From Nymphaea colorata (taxonomy: Eukaryota), in assembly GCF_008831285.2 (NCBI RefSeq), contig NC_045138.2:42904001-42968000 (forward strand): 64,000 nt of DNA. Reading direction: 5' to 3'. Below are positions 51,070 to 64,000 of this stretch, piece by piece (the stretch's first letter is position 1; the number at the start of each line of letters is the position of its first letter). Made by a program: the position numbers and the translations under genes. Under the pieces are notes generated by a model. That model saw only the letters and a program-made list of their open reading frames with translations. It did no database searches and was not told where the DNA came from.

Positions 51070-54000
51070 CTACGGTTTTCTCAGCTCATAACCAACTCAC
51101 TCTAGCCAAATTAGCTCACTAAGACTATCCACTTTCCATTTCTAGATCACTGAAACCATGTCAAATCTGATAGAGATCAACATATGTTCTCTTTAGTGTC
51201 CACAAAGTATTTACTAAGTTATTTTCAGTTCCAAGATTTAGAATTGAGTTCTGGAGCAGTTATCCTAAAATAAGAGTGACACTCTCTCACATGTTTTGGC
51301 AACTACGAACTAAAATTCTCTCAATCCAGAACGTGTCAGCTCACATCGAGCTAAGACTACATTTTTGAAGTCCAACCTGAGTATTTCATACTTCAGTTTC
51401 AGTCCACCATCCCAATTTGGTCTCATTTTCCATTTTACATATTTATAAGGATTGTCCAGTTCTAAACATCTACTTTCAGTGCAACTCAATATTTCAAACT
51501 ATATTCTTATCAATCTAGTAATCATTTCCTCAATTTTTTTCACAGTGTTTCAATCAACAACTCCTTGGCAAAGCATTTTTACTTTCAAATTGAAGAGAAG
51601 TATCCCGAATTAAAGGTTACCATTTTGTACTTGCACCCCACTCAAAAAGGAGTCATTTTACTATCTATAAAATTCAAATAATTGAGTTTTAAAGGGGCAA
51701 ATGAGGTCATTTTTCAATTAAATTTCACAGGTACCTATTTTTCACGTTGTACACATCCTGTGTGGTCAGGTGCCACCAAGCTCAATTTCCATGCCAAGGG
51801 TATTTTGGTCTTTTATTATATTGTATTTATTTTTCATGAAACCTAATTTAGGATCCACATAAACCTAAGTTAGAATTTCATTCAGGTCCACATGAACCTA
51901 ATAGGCTCAAGCTCAGCTCGAGCCCATGTAACAATTCAGCCGAGCCCGATTTTCAAAAATAGTACCCAGACTGAGTCCAATTAGACCCTGCGCCTAGCCT
52001 AGTCTGAACCCATTTTAAACTGAACCCAGCCTAAATCTAGTAGACGTTGACTAAGTCTGAACCACCTACCTGGATTGAGCCAAGTCCAAGTCGATGAAAG
52101 TCTCATATCACCATCTGGTCCACATTCCATATCCATGACCTGCCTTTTACAAATCCAAATCCATTATTTCCAATTTTAGGTCTCAATATTAAATCATGAT
52201 CCAGATCTTTATGTCATATCTAGATCTATTTTCTAGATTCCACTTCAATTCTAGATCTAGATCTAAATCACAATATCAAATCTAGATCTAGATCCACATG
52301 TAAGCACAATGCACATATATTCATTTAATGCATCATAAATATTTTACTCTATGCTTAATGTCGATTTGTATGGAAGCACATGAATCGAGTGAAATTCTTC
52401 ACTGAACAAGTTGGCACAGAAAAAATCTGCATCGGCATCTATATGAAGTCAAAATGAACATCTTTCCATTGAATGTCATTTTAATATGTGTGCTCTATTT
52501 ACCCTATGTTCATGCATTGTTACTCCATGCTAGATGTCAATCTGAATCCTTTATCATGGGTCAATCAACATTCCTTTAAGCATGTTTTGTTTTTTGCATA
52601 ATCAAAATCAGACCAAAATCGAAAGCAGGAGGAATATTTTTCTGAAAACACAATTATAATATAACCTTTGGTGTTTTGAGGAGGACATGAGTAAACAAAA
52701 GTTAGTCACACATCGGTCCCCTCAAGGAGGATTGACCTCCCAAAGCACTATAAAATTGTCAAGCCAAACCCCTGCGCCAGTGCACAATCCTCAGGCTACT
52801 AAAAAAGCCCAATAAACTTGGTAAAATTTCAGTTAGGTACTTAAAAATCTTGGCTCAATTGAAGTTAAATTTTTAAGAGTTCTAGTCAAGTCTTAAGTTT
52901 GAGCTGCAGTAGCACTCAACCAAGAACTAACTAACTTCAATGTAGAGGTCATGGGAGCGTGTTTGGTCAAGTCTTCAAGTTCGTGTAATTTTTTTTCCCT
53001 CTCTTTTTTTTCTTATTTGCAATTTAGTGCCTTCTTTTGTTTTCTTCTCTTTTTCTTTTCTTGCATGAATGTTTAGGTTTTTCTTTTTGCTTTCTACTTT
53101 CTGATTTAGCTTCTATGTTTCATTTATTTTCTCTAACAATCTTGTAGTTTAGCTTATTTGCTTTCATAGAATAGGATTTAATTTAATGTTTTTTGGATAG
53201 GCATGGGGTCAAATATGCTCCTTCATCCCTCTCTCTTTAATTTTATGTCCATACTTTTTACTTCATTCCCATATTAAATCATGCATATAGTTTCTGCTTT
53301 CATTATTCAATCCACCATGCATTGCACAACTTATTTGTAAATGCACATTAGTCACCCCTCCCCACGTGCAGCCTTGTTTAAAACTGAATTGGGCTAACCC
53401 GATAGCATACCTTGAGGCAATAGATGTACCATATGAACAACTAGACCTAGCTCAGGCCTCATGCAGGTCCACTTTCATAAACATATTTTCTTTAAATGAG
53501 TTCAAAATTAGATTCTTCAAAAGGATTTTTTTAAAGGCCTAGATCATGTAGATATGGAATCCAACCTTAGATATGTCCTCTTAGACCTCACGTAGACCGG
53601 TCTTAGAGCCCACTACTCATACACCCATGAACCATAGAGCTAGGTTCTGACCGACCTCTGTTAAACCCATTTCTAGGGCACTTATGATCAAATGCAGGAC
53701 ATTCAATATGGATCTAATATAAGGCCTCAGTTAGGAATTACAAAAGTCTTATAATTCCTACCTAGGTATATTCCCATACCCCTTTAGCTGATATAAGTCT
53801 CTACTCATTTGGATCTGATCTCAGATCTCGGATATTGGATTTGGATTATAAACCCTAGGTCGATTTCAGAAAGAGTAGATTGGAATATTCAAATTAAGGA
53901 TTTAATATCTTGTTAGTCATTGAACATGGATTTATTGTATATGAATATAGATATTATGTTATGGGTGAAAGGTCAAATTTATTGGACGTTGGATCCCAAA

Positions 54001-54570
54001 GCTTTGGACTATGATTTTTGGACATCAATGTCATAATAAAATATTTTGGATCTTTACAATATCTTTCTCATTTCAAACATAGAACCAGGATTGCCTACCA
54101 ACATAAAGATTTGAATTTTTTGGATTATGAATAAACATTTGGATTTGGATCCAATAATCATTTGAATCTAGGGCCACATCCTTTAATTGAACCCCAATAG
54201 AGACCGGACTGGATTTCAAGTATATATCATATAGTATTAAATGCATCATTTTGGATCTAGTTTATTGTTTTGCATAGATCTGTGATGAATCAGACATAAA
54301 GAAAATATCAACTTGATTTCTCTTGTTCATACATGCCCTTCTAAAGGGCCAAATTAGATTTTGAAACTTGCATTTTTACAGAATCAGGGCATGTTTGTTT
54401 TCTTAGGCTTTAGACAACATTTAAACCTAGATATTAGAACCTTTAGTTTAGCCCTTGATTTGACTACCCCTAGTAAAGGCGTTTGGAATAGTTAGACATC
54501 ATATTGACAGGTCTGGTACCGTCTCTTGGAATACTGCATATGGAAAATAAGGGTGAGTATAGGTAACAAG
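51070..54570 (+). repeat. Divergent Ogre-like LTR fragment
   Basis: Blocks similar to 19000-20150 and 22600-23500; conserved LTR-end motif at ~54448-54520. Confidence 0.6.
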
Positions 54571-55879
54571 TTCCATATATAGTCTAACAAAAAAATTACA
54601 TGTAAACAGTTAGGTTAAGACCCCTCTAATGTTCTCCTAAAGAAAGAACATGGCAGTTGAGAGAAAAGTTATATGAAATGAAGTACAATCAAGGAAGAAC
54701 GTAACTACCACGAGAACACATATAAACTGTAAAGAGGGGAAGACAAAAAATGACTCAAACAGATTTTTTTTAACATGGCTATGCCACCACAATCCCTCAA
54801 TGGGTGTATTGACTATGGTTGCATCTCCATATTTCTAAATGCGTATGGAGAAGGCATAAAGTCTAACATGTCAAGTTTGACCATATAACAAGCACATCAA
54901 GGCATATATAATCGGGTAATAAGTATGATGCATTCTACATCTTGGTCACCATATCAATGTTCATGCAAAAATAAACTAACTATGCATGCTCTATTCAGAC
55001 CAGCAACTAAGCATGCAATAACATAAATATGTGCAACAGTATGTCACCTGCATGGTTTGCAATACCATAAAAATGTCATGTTGTAAAACTCATGTGTCTG
55101 ACTCAATTGAGAGACTTGACCCCAGTGAAGGTTTTTCTGAAGGACCTTCTATCAGAAAATGAAAGTAATGGGGCAAAGCAGGTGGTTGCTTATGAAGATT
55201 AGACAAAGCTTGGGTTGTCAATAACAGAAGTAAGGAACCTCAAATGAAAGAGGGAGGGGATGTCATGAGCAAATTCCCCACGATGAGCTTTGCAAGTGTG
55301 TGCTTTGTGAAAGTCAAACCTGTTGCAAGGGGTTTTGGTGAAAGATTCAAGACGATGACAACCTCGGGAAAGCACTAATGAACTATGAAAAGGACCTTTC
55401 TATATGCAGGTCTCCAGTTGAGCACATGGAATCCACTCATCATCTTTTTCCAATCATGGTTTGGGATTCGATGATTCCCCGATCGGAATCTTGTACATAG
55501 CACATGTCATAGTTGTAGGCTTGACGCAGATGCGGTATCCTATGTCACTCCTCCGTCTGTGCTGGATTGATAATATGCCTTAAATAAAGGCTCAAAGGTG
55601 CACCACCAGCATACATATGAAGTAAACTCACCAACATTACACGATCAAAACAAACTAACTCTCAAGGCACTCACCAAAAATGAAAAATGAACAAGGTAGC
55701 AAAAAAGTCATCTCCCCTCACAATGTTCGATGCAATGTGTTGGTTTATAATATTTTTAATTATTAAAATTATTTATATTTTTTAATATCATTATTAATTC
55801 ATTATGGGGTAAAAAAATGTACGGTTTACAGCAATGATGGTCCTCAAATATCTTAAGTCCTCTCCTGATAAAGGACTAT

Positions 55880-56310
55880 TGTTTAAATGGAGAACATTTT
55901 GGATGTAAAGATTATATTGATGCTGACCATGGAGATTGATAATAGGAAGTCCATCACGGGCTTTTGTATTTCCATTGGCAGAGTAAAATGCAAGTTGTAA
56001 TTGCTATATCTAGTGTTGTGTGAGAGTGTAGGGCTATGGTTTATACTACTACGGAATGAAAATGAAGTGGATAAAGCCCACGTCACAGTTTTGGGTGTTC
56101 ACGTTGATGTTCCCATATGTTCCAATATTTCATGAGAGAACCAAGCACATCGAGGCTGATTGTCATCCAAGGTATGGTGCAAGCATGAGTTACATTTACA
56201 GTCCATTTGTTCTTATAAGATCAAGTGGTTGATGTCTTTACAACCCATTTTCCATTGTTGACTTTGTTATTCTAAGTTGAGTATGATTGGTATCTATGCT
56301 CCAATCTGAA
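55880..56310 (+). pseudogene. Copia RNase H remnant
   Basis: DAD...DNRKSITGFCISIG; FHERTKHIEADCH; ends IYAPI* followed by a purine tract. Confidence 0.85.
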
Positions 56311-56319
56311 GGGGTGCAT

Positions 56320-56541
56320 TGAGAGTTATTAGTTTGATGTCAAGTTGCTTTTATTAAGAAGTCATATGGAGGTCATCGATATTTTATGAGAAGTTGTACA
56401 AAGTACTTTTTTATTTTTTTTTTGAACTAATTTTTGTAATTGTGTTTAGCCATTCTAACCTATTCCCTTATTACCATGGAATTATGGGCTAATGAATCAA
56501 TAACTCTCTCTCTCTCTCTCTCTCTCTCTTTTTCTCTACCA
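56320..56541 (+). repeat. Short copia 3' LTR (~220 bp)
   Basis: TG start after PPT-like GAAGGGGTGCA; AATGAA plus (CT)n tract; ends ...CTACCA. Confidence 0.6.
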
Positions 56542-57699
56542 TGACAATCTTTAATCTATAGCAATATCCATATGACATTTCAGCTGGGGGTTTTTGTTTC
56601 TCAAATATTCAGTCAAGTTTTTGTGACAGTTCAATCATGTTGTGCATTTGTAGGTAATAAGTTGTAACTTTACGTTTTCTTATGGAAATGTTTTCTTTGG
56701 TAAAACTATAACTTTCTTATAGAAATGGTCCAAGGGTGCATGGATAGATATCAGTCGCACATCAACTGGTTGCCTTGTCATAGAATTGAACTCCTACTAG
56801 GACGTTGGATTGTTCTTATAGTTGAAATAGTCACCTAGACATACTTCTAAGTCTTCATCACCTAGCTTTTTGCTTTCTAAATAAATGCCCAAGCAGCAAT
56901 ATTGTTAATACATGTTAAAAATTGAGAGAGACACAGAGAGAGAATGGATTGATAAAGTTCCCTCTAGACATTATCTTGGTGCCTCCTAGTGGCCTCATCG
57001 TTATCTACCATGTAGTCATGTGGTGCATTCTCTAGGCAGTTCCTCTCCATGCTAGAACATGCATCACTGAAAGAAGAATGTGGGCTCTCATTTTAGCAGA
57101 GTTACTATTTTGCATAAATTCTACTGTCTCTCTCTCTCTCTCTAAGAGCATGTTACTATATTGGCAATTTGTTTTCATAACTTTCATGGTAAACATGCTC
57201 TAAAAGTTCTTATTTAGTTAATTTCGTGTATAAGCACCCATGAAAAGGAGGTTGCTGGGGATAGGCAATCCCCTCATCCCTATTTTCGTATTCGAGTTTG
57301 GTCTCTTTCAAAACTAGTCATGCTTGTTACATAATAGTCAGTACTTACAAACGGATGGATTTCATCAAGGCTGAATAAAAAAATAAGTTTTTTCATATTA
57401 GAAAATGACATTTCTATTTGTCTATAATTTATCTAGCTGATCTGGTCCATTTACTCCCATACCATAGAATTGAGGATTTATCCTCTACTTTTAGGATGCA
57501 GAATAAAGGGATCCATATCATATGAGTTCTCCTAATTTCTCTCACTAAAGCTAGAGAGTGTCATATTTAGTGGGGTCTAAGCAAAAAAGCATGTTCTCCA
57601 TTTTTAAGTAAAAGCTTGGATTGCTCTTTAACTACTAATATGGTAAAAGAGGATTGATCCCCAATTGTATACACATAGGAATGTGTAATATTTAGCAAA

Positions 57700-59100
57700 A
57701 AGGAAAACAATCTCATATGAAACCAATCCTTAGTCCGCATGTTGTTGGATTCTTGATTGTGTAGTGAAGCTTGGGTCAAGTTGAATCGTCTGAAGCCTTG
57801 GGAGGGTCAACATCTATTGTACATGTTTTGAGCCTATTTTTCAACTCATGTGAACTTGTTGATTAGCTGGATGAGAAATTACAAAGCTGCTTACGGCTGG
57901 CTGAAGTTGAGAGCCTTTTTTTTTTCACTTATTGTCAAAAGGAGGTTGGTTGCGAAAAAATGGGAGAGGACTTCAAATTCTTGGAGTGCCAACTGCATGT
58001 ATATTTTAGCAAGTTTGATCTAACAAACCCATGTGAAGAATACTGAACAAGTACAAGAAATTGAATAGAGCCACGCAACTACCATGGGAAAGAGCAACAC
58101 TCAAAAGAATAATGAGGCAGAATCAGTTCACATCCAAGCACAGAGCACATGACAAGAACAAAGCCTACCCTTCTAAAGCAGACCGGTAAGAGGACAAACA
58201 AATTAATTTACAACTCTAAACACCTTTGAGGCACATTTGAAATCATATTTCTTTGTCAATAAGGCATTTATAAAATGTGTAGCTCTCTTCAATCTCATGT
58301 TAATTCTCTTTGTTGCAAACTCCCTTGGAAAGGACAAACCTATCGAGGCAAGGAGTTCATTTTTTGTAGAAGAGTGGACTAATGAAATCGGAGCAGATAT
58401 TTTGCATAGTGACAAAATTTGATATTCTTACTAAAGTTGAAGGATGCCCCAACTGAGGTCCAGACATGCTCCTATATGTTAATCGGCTTCTTGTTCAAAC
58501 TATTTTTCTTGGCACCAGACTTATAGTCATGGTTGTCTACAGCATCTATCAATTATCTAAATCATCTGGATAAGAGTCAGTTTGCTTAATCATTGTCCTT
58601 AGAGATATGCTTTCATATTCATCTAGGCAATTGGGATTTGGCTCTATGACAACGTCATATTAGATCAATATGTTTTGAGCATGTGCATGATTCTAATTTT
58701 GGTTGCCCATCCTCATTTAGGAGAGATGAGGTCATGCATATAAACAATACCATAGTAGTAATTTTTTGTTTCTTTGTGTAATGCTATGGTCCAATAATTC
58801 CTTTGTTCAGTTCCTGATACGTGCTGTAGTCTGTGCAATAGATAAGTACGAGTTCTTATCACATATTTGCATTTATACTGGAATTGGATCTCACTGTTTG
58901 TCTTTCATATTTTTTGTACAAGTAACTCTTCCTAAGAAAATAACAGAGAGAAGCTCCATACCTGTATATCCAGCTGAAATTGTTTGTTTCCTCTTCTTAT
59001 TGTATGTGCAAGGGCTACATGTGTTACTGGCTGCATGTTCTGTATCTGTATAGTAAGAATTTTTGTGCTTGTATTGAGTGGTCCATGTTTCAACAATATG
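57700..59100 (-). pseudogene. Highly degenerate LINE (L1-like) ORF2 RT region
   Basis: Weak motifs in the correct order on the - strand: SAGYTG (APGPDG-like), NYWTIAL (YRPIAL), KAY, CHYAKYLLRF (YADDLLLF), KGRLCSCHVL (AGRLxL), FTW..KIHAV. Confidence 0.5.
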
Positions 59101-59499
59101 GTTCATTCTTTTACAGAATTTTTTTTTTTTTGTGATTATATTAATATTCCATCTTAGACTGCAGTGATGACATAAAGCATGTGCTCTAATTGACAAATTA
59201 TTATCTATTTATTGACCTATGAGTTGGAGGGTAAATTAGAGTGTGGCCATTACATAAAGTAAGAAGTGTGGTGTCATTAGTAGTTCAGATTTTCTGAGAT
59301 AAGAGAAAAACATTAAAAAATATGGGTAAGTGAGGAATCTAAGTTTTTTCGTGAGCCATGTTCAATTGCATTTTCAATAAATCCACTTTCAGATTATTAG
59401 TGAGTGCTCATCAGTGTACTGGTACTATTTTGTATTTTTGCAAATAAATAAATAAATAAAATCAAAGCTATAGGAGTGACTTTTATCATTGCCTACCCA

Positions 59500-60300
59500 T
59501 ACCGTTGGTGAATGAACTGCTATAGATTGGTATTATAAAGTACTGACTATGGTTCTTCTGTTGCCAATGCGTTGTGCATGAACTTTTTGGCAATGATCCA
59601 TCACTTGCAGAAAGTTTTCCTCAATGCCACAAAGGGCATGTCCAGCCTTATTTAGCCACTAGGGTACCGTTGTTGTCAACAACTTTACTGACAATGTCAT
59701 TGGGATTATTTATACCTCAATCAATGGTCAAGAAACAATGCAAGCCAAAATTCTCTTTCTCTGTATTTGGTCTTCCTTCCACCAGCCACCACATGGTTCC
59801 AGACCTCAACTGTACGGGGACCTGGACCTTAACCCAAAACAAGATTTATATTATGGATTATTGTGCATGACAAGGTCTAGACTTGCCCTATTTGAAGAAA
59901 TCTAGGTGCCATCTATCGGGCTGGTGTCTGCTTTGAAAATCCTGTGAAGAAGGTACAACTCACATGTTCTAGGACCACTCCAGTATATGGCATATATTTG
60001 TTCGAACGTGGCATGCGCTACACCTCCATCTCCCCTGCCCTTAATGCTCTGTTCTTAGACGTTTAGTGGATTCAAAAAAAGCAAAAAATGGCATTTTATT
60101 TGGAGACCTTGGTGATGTTGCTTTGGTGGCACATATAGATGGCGAGGAATAATATTATCTATCAAGATGCTGATTCCATACACATTCCTTTGGTTATCAA
60201 TCGTATCGTTGCTGACTAATTGGTTGTGCATCATTCATGCTAAACGGCCTTCTTTGCACGTAATGACTTACCTAGGCTGCAGGCCATTTGTGGCCTTTTT
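59500..60300 (+). pseudogene. LINE ORF2 C-terminal region with zf-RVT motif
   Basis: NDPSLAESFPQ; NCTGTWT; WCLL*KSCEEGTTHMF*D (CxxC..E..HLF.C); SSIWHIF; LLWWHI*MARNNI (WxIWxxRN). Confidence 0.7.
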
Positions 60301-61662
60301 TTGTTTTCGAATCTTATGCATATCTATCTTTCCTTTTTGTCTTGTTTCGTAAACCTCTTCAACCATGATTTTTTTGGCGGTAATATTAGTGGTCTACTTC
60401 TCTCTCCTCTCTCTTCCTTTTGTAGGTGGCATGTCCATATGGCCCTACGTCGCACTAGCCTAGAGTACGTGTTTTTGTCTTAACTTGCATTTATGGTCTT
60501 ACCTTGTGATAGTTTCATTTATTAAATTTGACAGTTAATTCCTAGGATCTGGATGAACCCTCTTTGTTAAGTGAGAGTTAATTCCTCCATTATGTTGTTG
60601 TCGTACAATGGCATCCACTAGCGTGTCCTTAGAAGTTAGTCTTAACTCTATGAGTTACTAGCCTAGTATAGTGTGTCATGCCCTAGTTAAATGTCTAAAT
60701 ACGATCTTATTATTGTGTCGTGTTGTTTGGTATTGCTCGTTTGATTTTTTTTTTAATTACTTTGTCTTGTGTTTTGTTACCTTACTTTAATTTATGGTCC
60801 ACTTTGCTTAATTGTGTCCTGGAGTTGTGTTTTACAGGTCAGTCTCTTTAGGTGTACCATAAGGTGAAAATTAAAGTGAAGATTATGAAGACTTCTCATC
60901 GAGCGCTTAATGATGTCTCAATAAATACCTCCAACACCATTGGATATCTCTTTAGCCTTCAGTACATTTATCGTTAAAACAATTATTATCCAATTTTGAG
61001 TTTCAACAAAGCAAGCAATGTTTTCTCAATTCATGACTTCCATTGATTTCAAAAAAAATATCTTTCTAAATGTGTTCCAAGGGAAAATCGCATGAGACCT
61101 CATCTAGGGATGTACAGAATGGTTAGGTGATTGGTTTATTCTAATTGTATTTACTCTTTCAGTTAGTTTAATTTAGTTTAAAATGCATTTAAATTGTAAT
61201 GTCCTTTATGTCTAACTTTTGTTTTAGCCTAGAGTTTAGGTTAGAGTTAATGTTTTAATTTTTTACTCTTGCATCTACTTGCAAACATGTCCTTCTAGGG
61301 AACACTTTAGTAATTGACGTGTAATTCCATGGTTTTGTTTAGTTTTGCTCATTCTTTCGTTAATTTATTTTTCTTTAGATTATGTGTTAATTAATAAGTG
61401 TATATTCCTATGCTTTAATCTTTGTCATATAGTATAGTTAGTTATTGCTTCTTAGAATTACAGTTCGTCCATACCTTGTGTGTCTATTAGCTTTGTACCC
61501 AGCCTTGTCTACATTTGAGAAAGGTTTATGAAGGCTTTCATTGAGAATATTTTAAAAGATGTGAAGTAATTCAAGCAAGTGGCCTCCTAGCTTCTTGGTT
61601 AACCTTGTCCAGGCCAATGTGCTCTGATTGGTGTTTAGCCTAGTCATATCCATATAGTAGGT

Positions 61663-61690
61663 TGCATATAACACAATTGTGTTATATGCA
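61663..61690. repeat. Perfect 28 bp palindrome
   Basis: TGCATATAACACAATTGTGTTATATGCA equals its own reverse complement. Confidence 0.95.
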
Positions 61691-62599
61691 CTTGTGTTGC
61701 ACAATTGTGTTCAAGGATGCACCAAAGTTAAGGCATACAACTATGAGGGAAGCCCCGACCAAGAATGAGCATTGTAGTGGTAATGTGTATGCAATTAAAC
61801 GACTAACTCCTATGACCAGAGCAATGAGAAGGCCTGATACTAGAGGTATTGTGGATTCTACCTAACACAATGCATTGTATAAAAAAACAAGTTAGGATTA
61901 TGATAACTATAAATTATATTCCAGTACTCCAGCATACCAAATAGGAGGAATAACTACACTGCTCTACTTTCTTTTCCACAAATTCCCTCTACTTTTTTAT
62001 AATATTTGCTATGTATGGTCCTAATCATGAGTTAAGTAAGATTCTAACAACCATGCATCTTCACTTCTTTGAAATCAATATAAATGCCAACTCATTTTAT
62101 ATCAAGTTTCAGAATTTTTTTTGGCATGGGGCTCAAAGTTTTAAAGCACCTTAATTCCTACAAAACACATTTGATATCAATTTAAATCAAATTTTGATGC
62201 CCAATTTAGTGGTTTTAAAAATAGATGTATTAGGCAAAATTTGTAGGGTCATATCTCCACCTTATGCTTAAAGTTATTGTCCTTAGCAGTACCTCCATAT
62301 CTCGGCATAACCACATATTATGCATGCTGAAAATACAAAAAAAAAGGAAAGAAAGGATAGAAACGACTTTTAATATGGATCTTAAAGTCTTTCACGAGCT
62401 AATACTTTCTCCATCATCATGCTACAGCACATGCCATCCATTGCAGGTTACTCAATTAAATATCATTGAGTGGTCTTATTACTTGAACTATTATATACTG
62501 CACAGACAAAAAAGATTACACACTCCAAAACTAAGAAGGCAATAAGCCTAACTTAGAATTGAGTTACAATTGAAAGGAAATGATAGTACTGCTAGTAGT

Positions 62600-62960
62600 C
62601 CATGTCAAAGAGATCAATCTCCTCATCTTCCGCAACTCTATATGGACCATTCCATCTCAATCTTAACTTGCCAAGGAAGAGTTGAAGCCTCGAATTGAAT
62701 AGTCAAACCTTCTATTCAGGAACAACTATCCTCCTCAAGATATGTTGCAACATGCAATGTCTTCATCCACTCTTGTAGATCTTCACATTCTGGTAAGTCT
62801 CATTTCACAACTCCTCTAGCTCACTCATATGTGTCTGCCTCATAGACCTAAAGCGGGTTATATACATAATGTTGGTGCAAGAAAAAGAAATGCATGCCGG
62901 CTACCTATCTGCCATGTGCTGAATCGTGCTCTCCAATTTGGATAGATCGGGCAAAAGCTG
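62600..62960 (-). pseudogene. Athila-like gypsy integrase C-terminal fragment
   Basis: SELEEL*NETYQNVKIYK...ILRR and LFNSRLQLFLGKLRLRWNGPYRV. Confidence 0.8.
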
Positions 62961-63354
62961 AGTGACTTGAGTTGGTAGACAAGAGTGCCTATAAAAGAAA
63001 GACACAAATTATGGTGTCAATCAATATTATCAGGTTGTTATGGCCAGTATACTCCTTTAAAAGGCAAAGAAGCATCTTTGATTTTCAAACAGATGGAGTG
63101 AAAGCCATTGATCAGAGAACAGCGAGAGCAAACAAACAGAGACATCATTGTTTACAGAAGAGGGAGAGCTAGCAGATGGAGACATCATTGGTTGGAGAAG
63201 AGGGAGTGGAGATGGTAAAAGTTGTCAATCGAAGCGGAGCGAGCGGAGTTGTCAAAGAAGAGGGAGTGGATGCGGTATAGGTCATTTTTCAAAACAGAGC
63301 AAGTGGGGCCCACCAGCCGAAGAAAGCATCACTGGTGATAGATTAAGGGAGTTT

Positions 63355-64000
63355 CATCCAAGTTGGTTTTGTAGTACGCATTATCAGAACAGTATGGTTG
63401 GCAGTTTCAACAAGACAAGTTTCCCGACCCTTTTGTTACCTTGGAACACAATATAGCAGGTGGTTTCAACAATCTAGGTTTTCCTACCCCGTTCATTATC
63501 TTAAAAGCTAGCATGCAATTTCAGCAAGGTTGGTTTCTCACCCCTTTTATTATCTTAGATGCTATAGCACGTGTTATCGAAGATAGTATAGTAGGCGGTC
63601 TCCTCAAGTTTGGTTTGCAACCCCTTTTGTTATTTAGACACTATAGCATGTGCTGTCAAAAACAACATGTCAGGCAGTCTCCACAATGTTGGTTTCTCAT
63701 CCTTTCATTATCTTAGATGCTATAGTACGTGTTATCAAAGATAGCATAGTAGGTTGGTTCTGCAAGGTTGGTTTCCTACCCCTTTCGTTATCTTAGACAA
63801 GCCATTATCGAAGACAGCATAACAGGTGGTTTTTTAAGGTTGGTTTCCTACCCCTTTCGTTATCTTAGATGCTATAGCACATGTTATCGAAGACAATATA
63901 GTAGGTGGTCATGTGTTATCAAAGACAGTAGAGTAGGCGGTCTCTACAAGGTTGGTTTCCTACCCTTTCATTATTTTAGACACTGCGGCACGTGTCATCA
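63355..64000. repeat. Tandem array of ~79 bp unit, continues past the window edge
   Basis: AAGGTTGGTTTCCTACCCCTTT..TTATCTTAGATGCTATAGCACGTGTTATC recurs at 63526, 63606, 63685, 63764, 63836 and 63948; shorter degenerate units lie before 63526. Confidence 0.9.

Noticed and set aside
55100..55680. Possible copia gag N-terminus on the - strand (WWCTFEPLFKAY..DG, NP..W)
   Set aside because: The similarity is too weak and fragmentary to call by eye.
59381..59422. Hammerhead-like CTGATGAG...GAAA on the - strand
   Set aside because: No stem II can form between the two boxes and no convincing stems I/III with a cleavage triplet are present.
61560..61870. Possible hAT transposase scrap (HYNAH, similar to HCxAH) on the - strand
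   Set aside because: A single weak motif with no other transposase motifs or TIRs.

Overview
AT-rich plant (angiosperm-type) nuclear DNA made almost entirely of nested, heavily decayed retrotransposons. I can support no intact protein-coding gene, RNA gene or CRISPR array. From left to right: (1) a 5'-truncated Ty1/copia element on the - strand (1.3-5.75 kb); (2) an Ogre/Tat-type Ty3/gypsy pol fragment with protease, G-patch, an intron-like spacer, RT, RH, aRH and INT (5.8-9.9 kb); (3) an inverted LTR-PBS-PMD (plant mobile domain) fragment; (4) a ~26 kb Ogre-like structure (18285-44465) with two 5.3-5.9 kb LTRs, a PMD extra ORF after the 5' LTR, RT-RH-aRH-INT with no recognisable gag/protease, and a 3' region carrying arrays of a 50-51 bp internally palindromic repeat, split by a 4.4 kb inverted LTR; (5) chromovirus remnants, two converging PMD pseudogenes, a Tekay-like RT, a copia RNase H with its LTR, a LINE in two opposite-strand halves, an Athila-like integrase tail and a ~79 bp tandem array running off the window. 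The most notable items are the repeated LTR-(PBS)-PMD architecture combined with the dyad tandem array, a ~70 nt motif conserved near the 3' end of six otherwise divergent LTR copies, and the LINE whose geometry fits twin priming. All identities and boundaries were estimated by eye.
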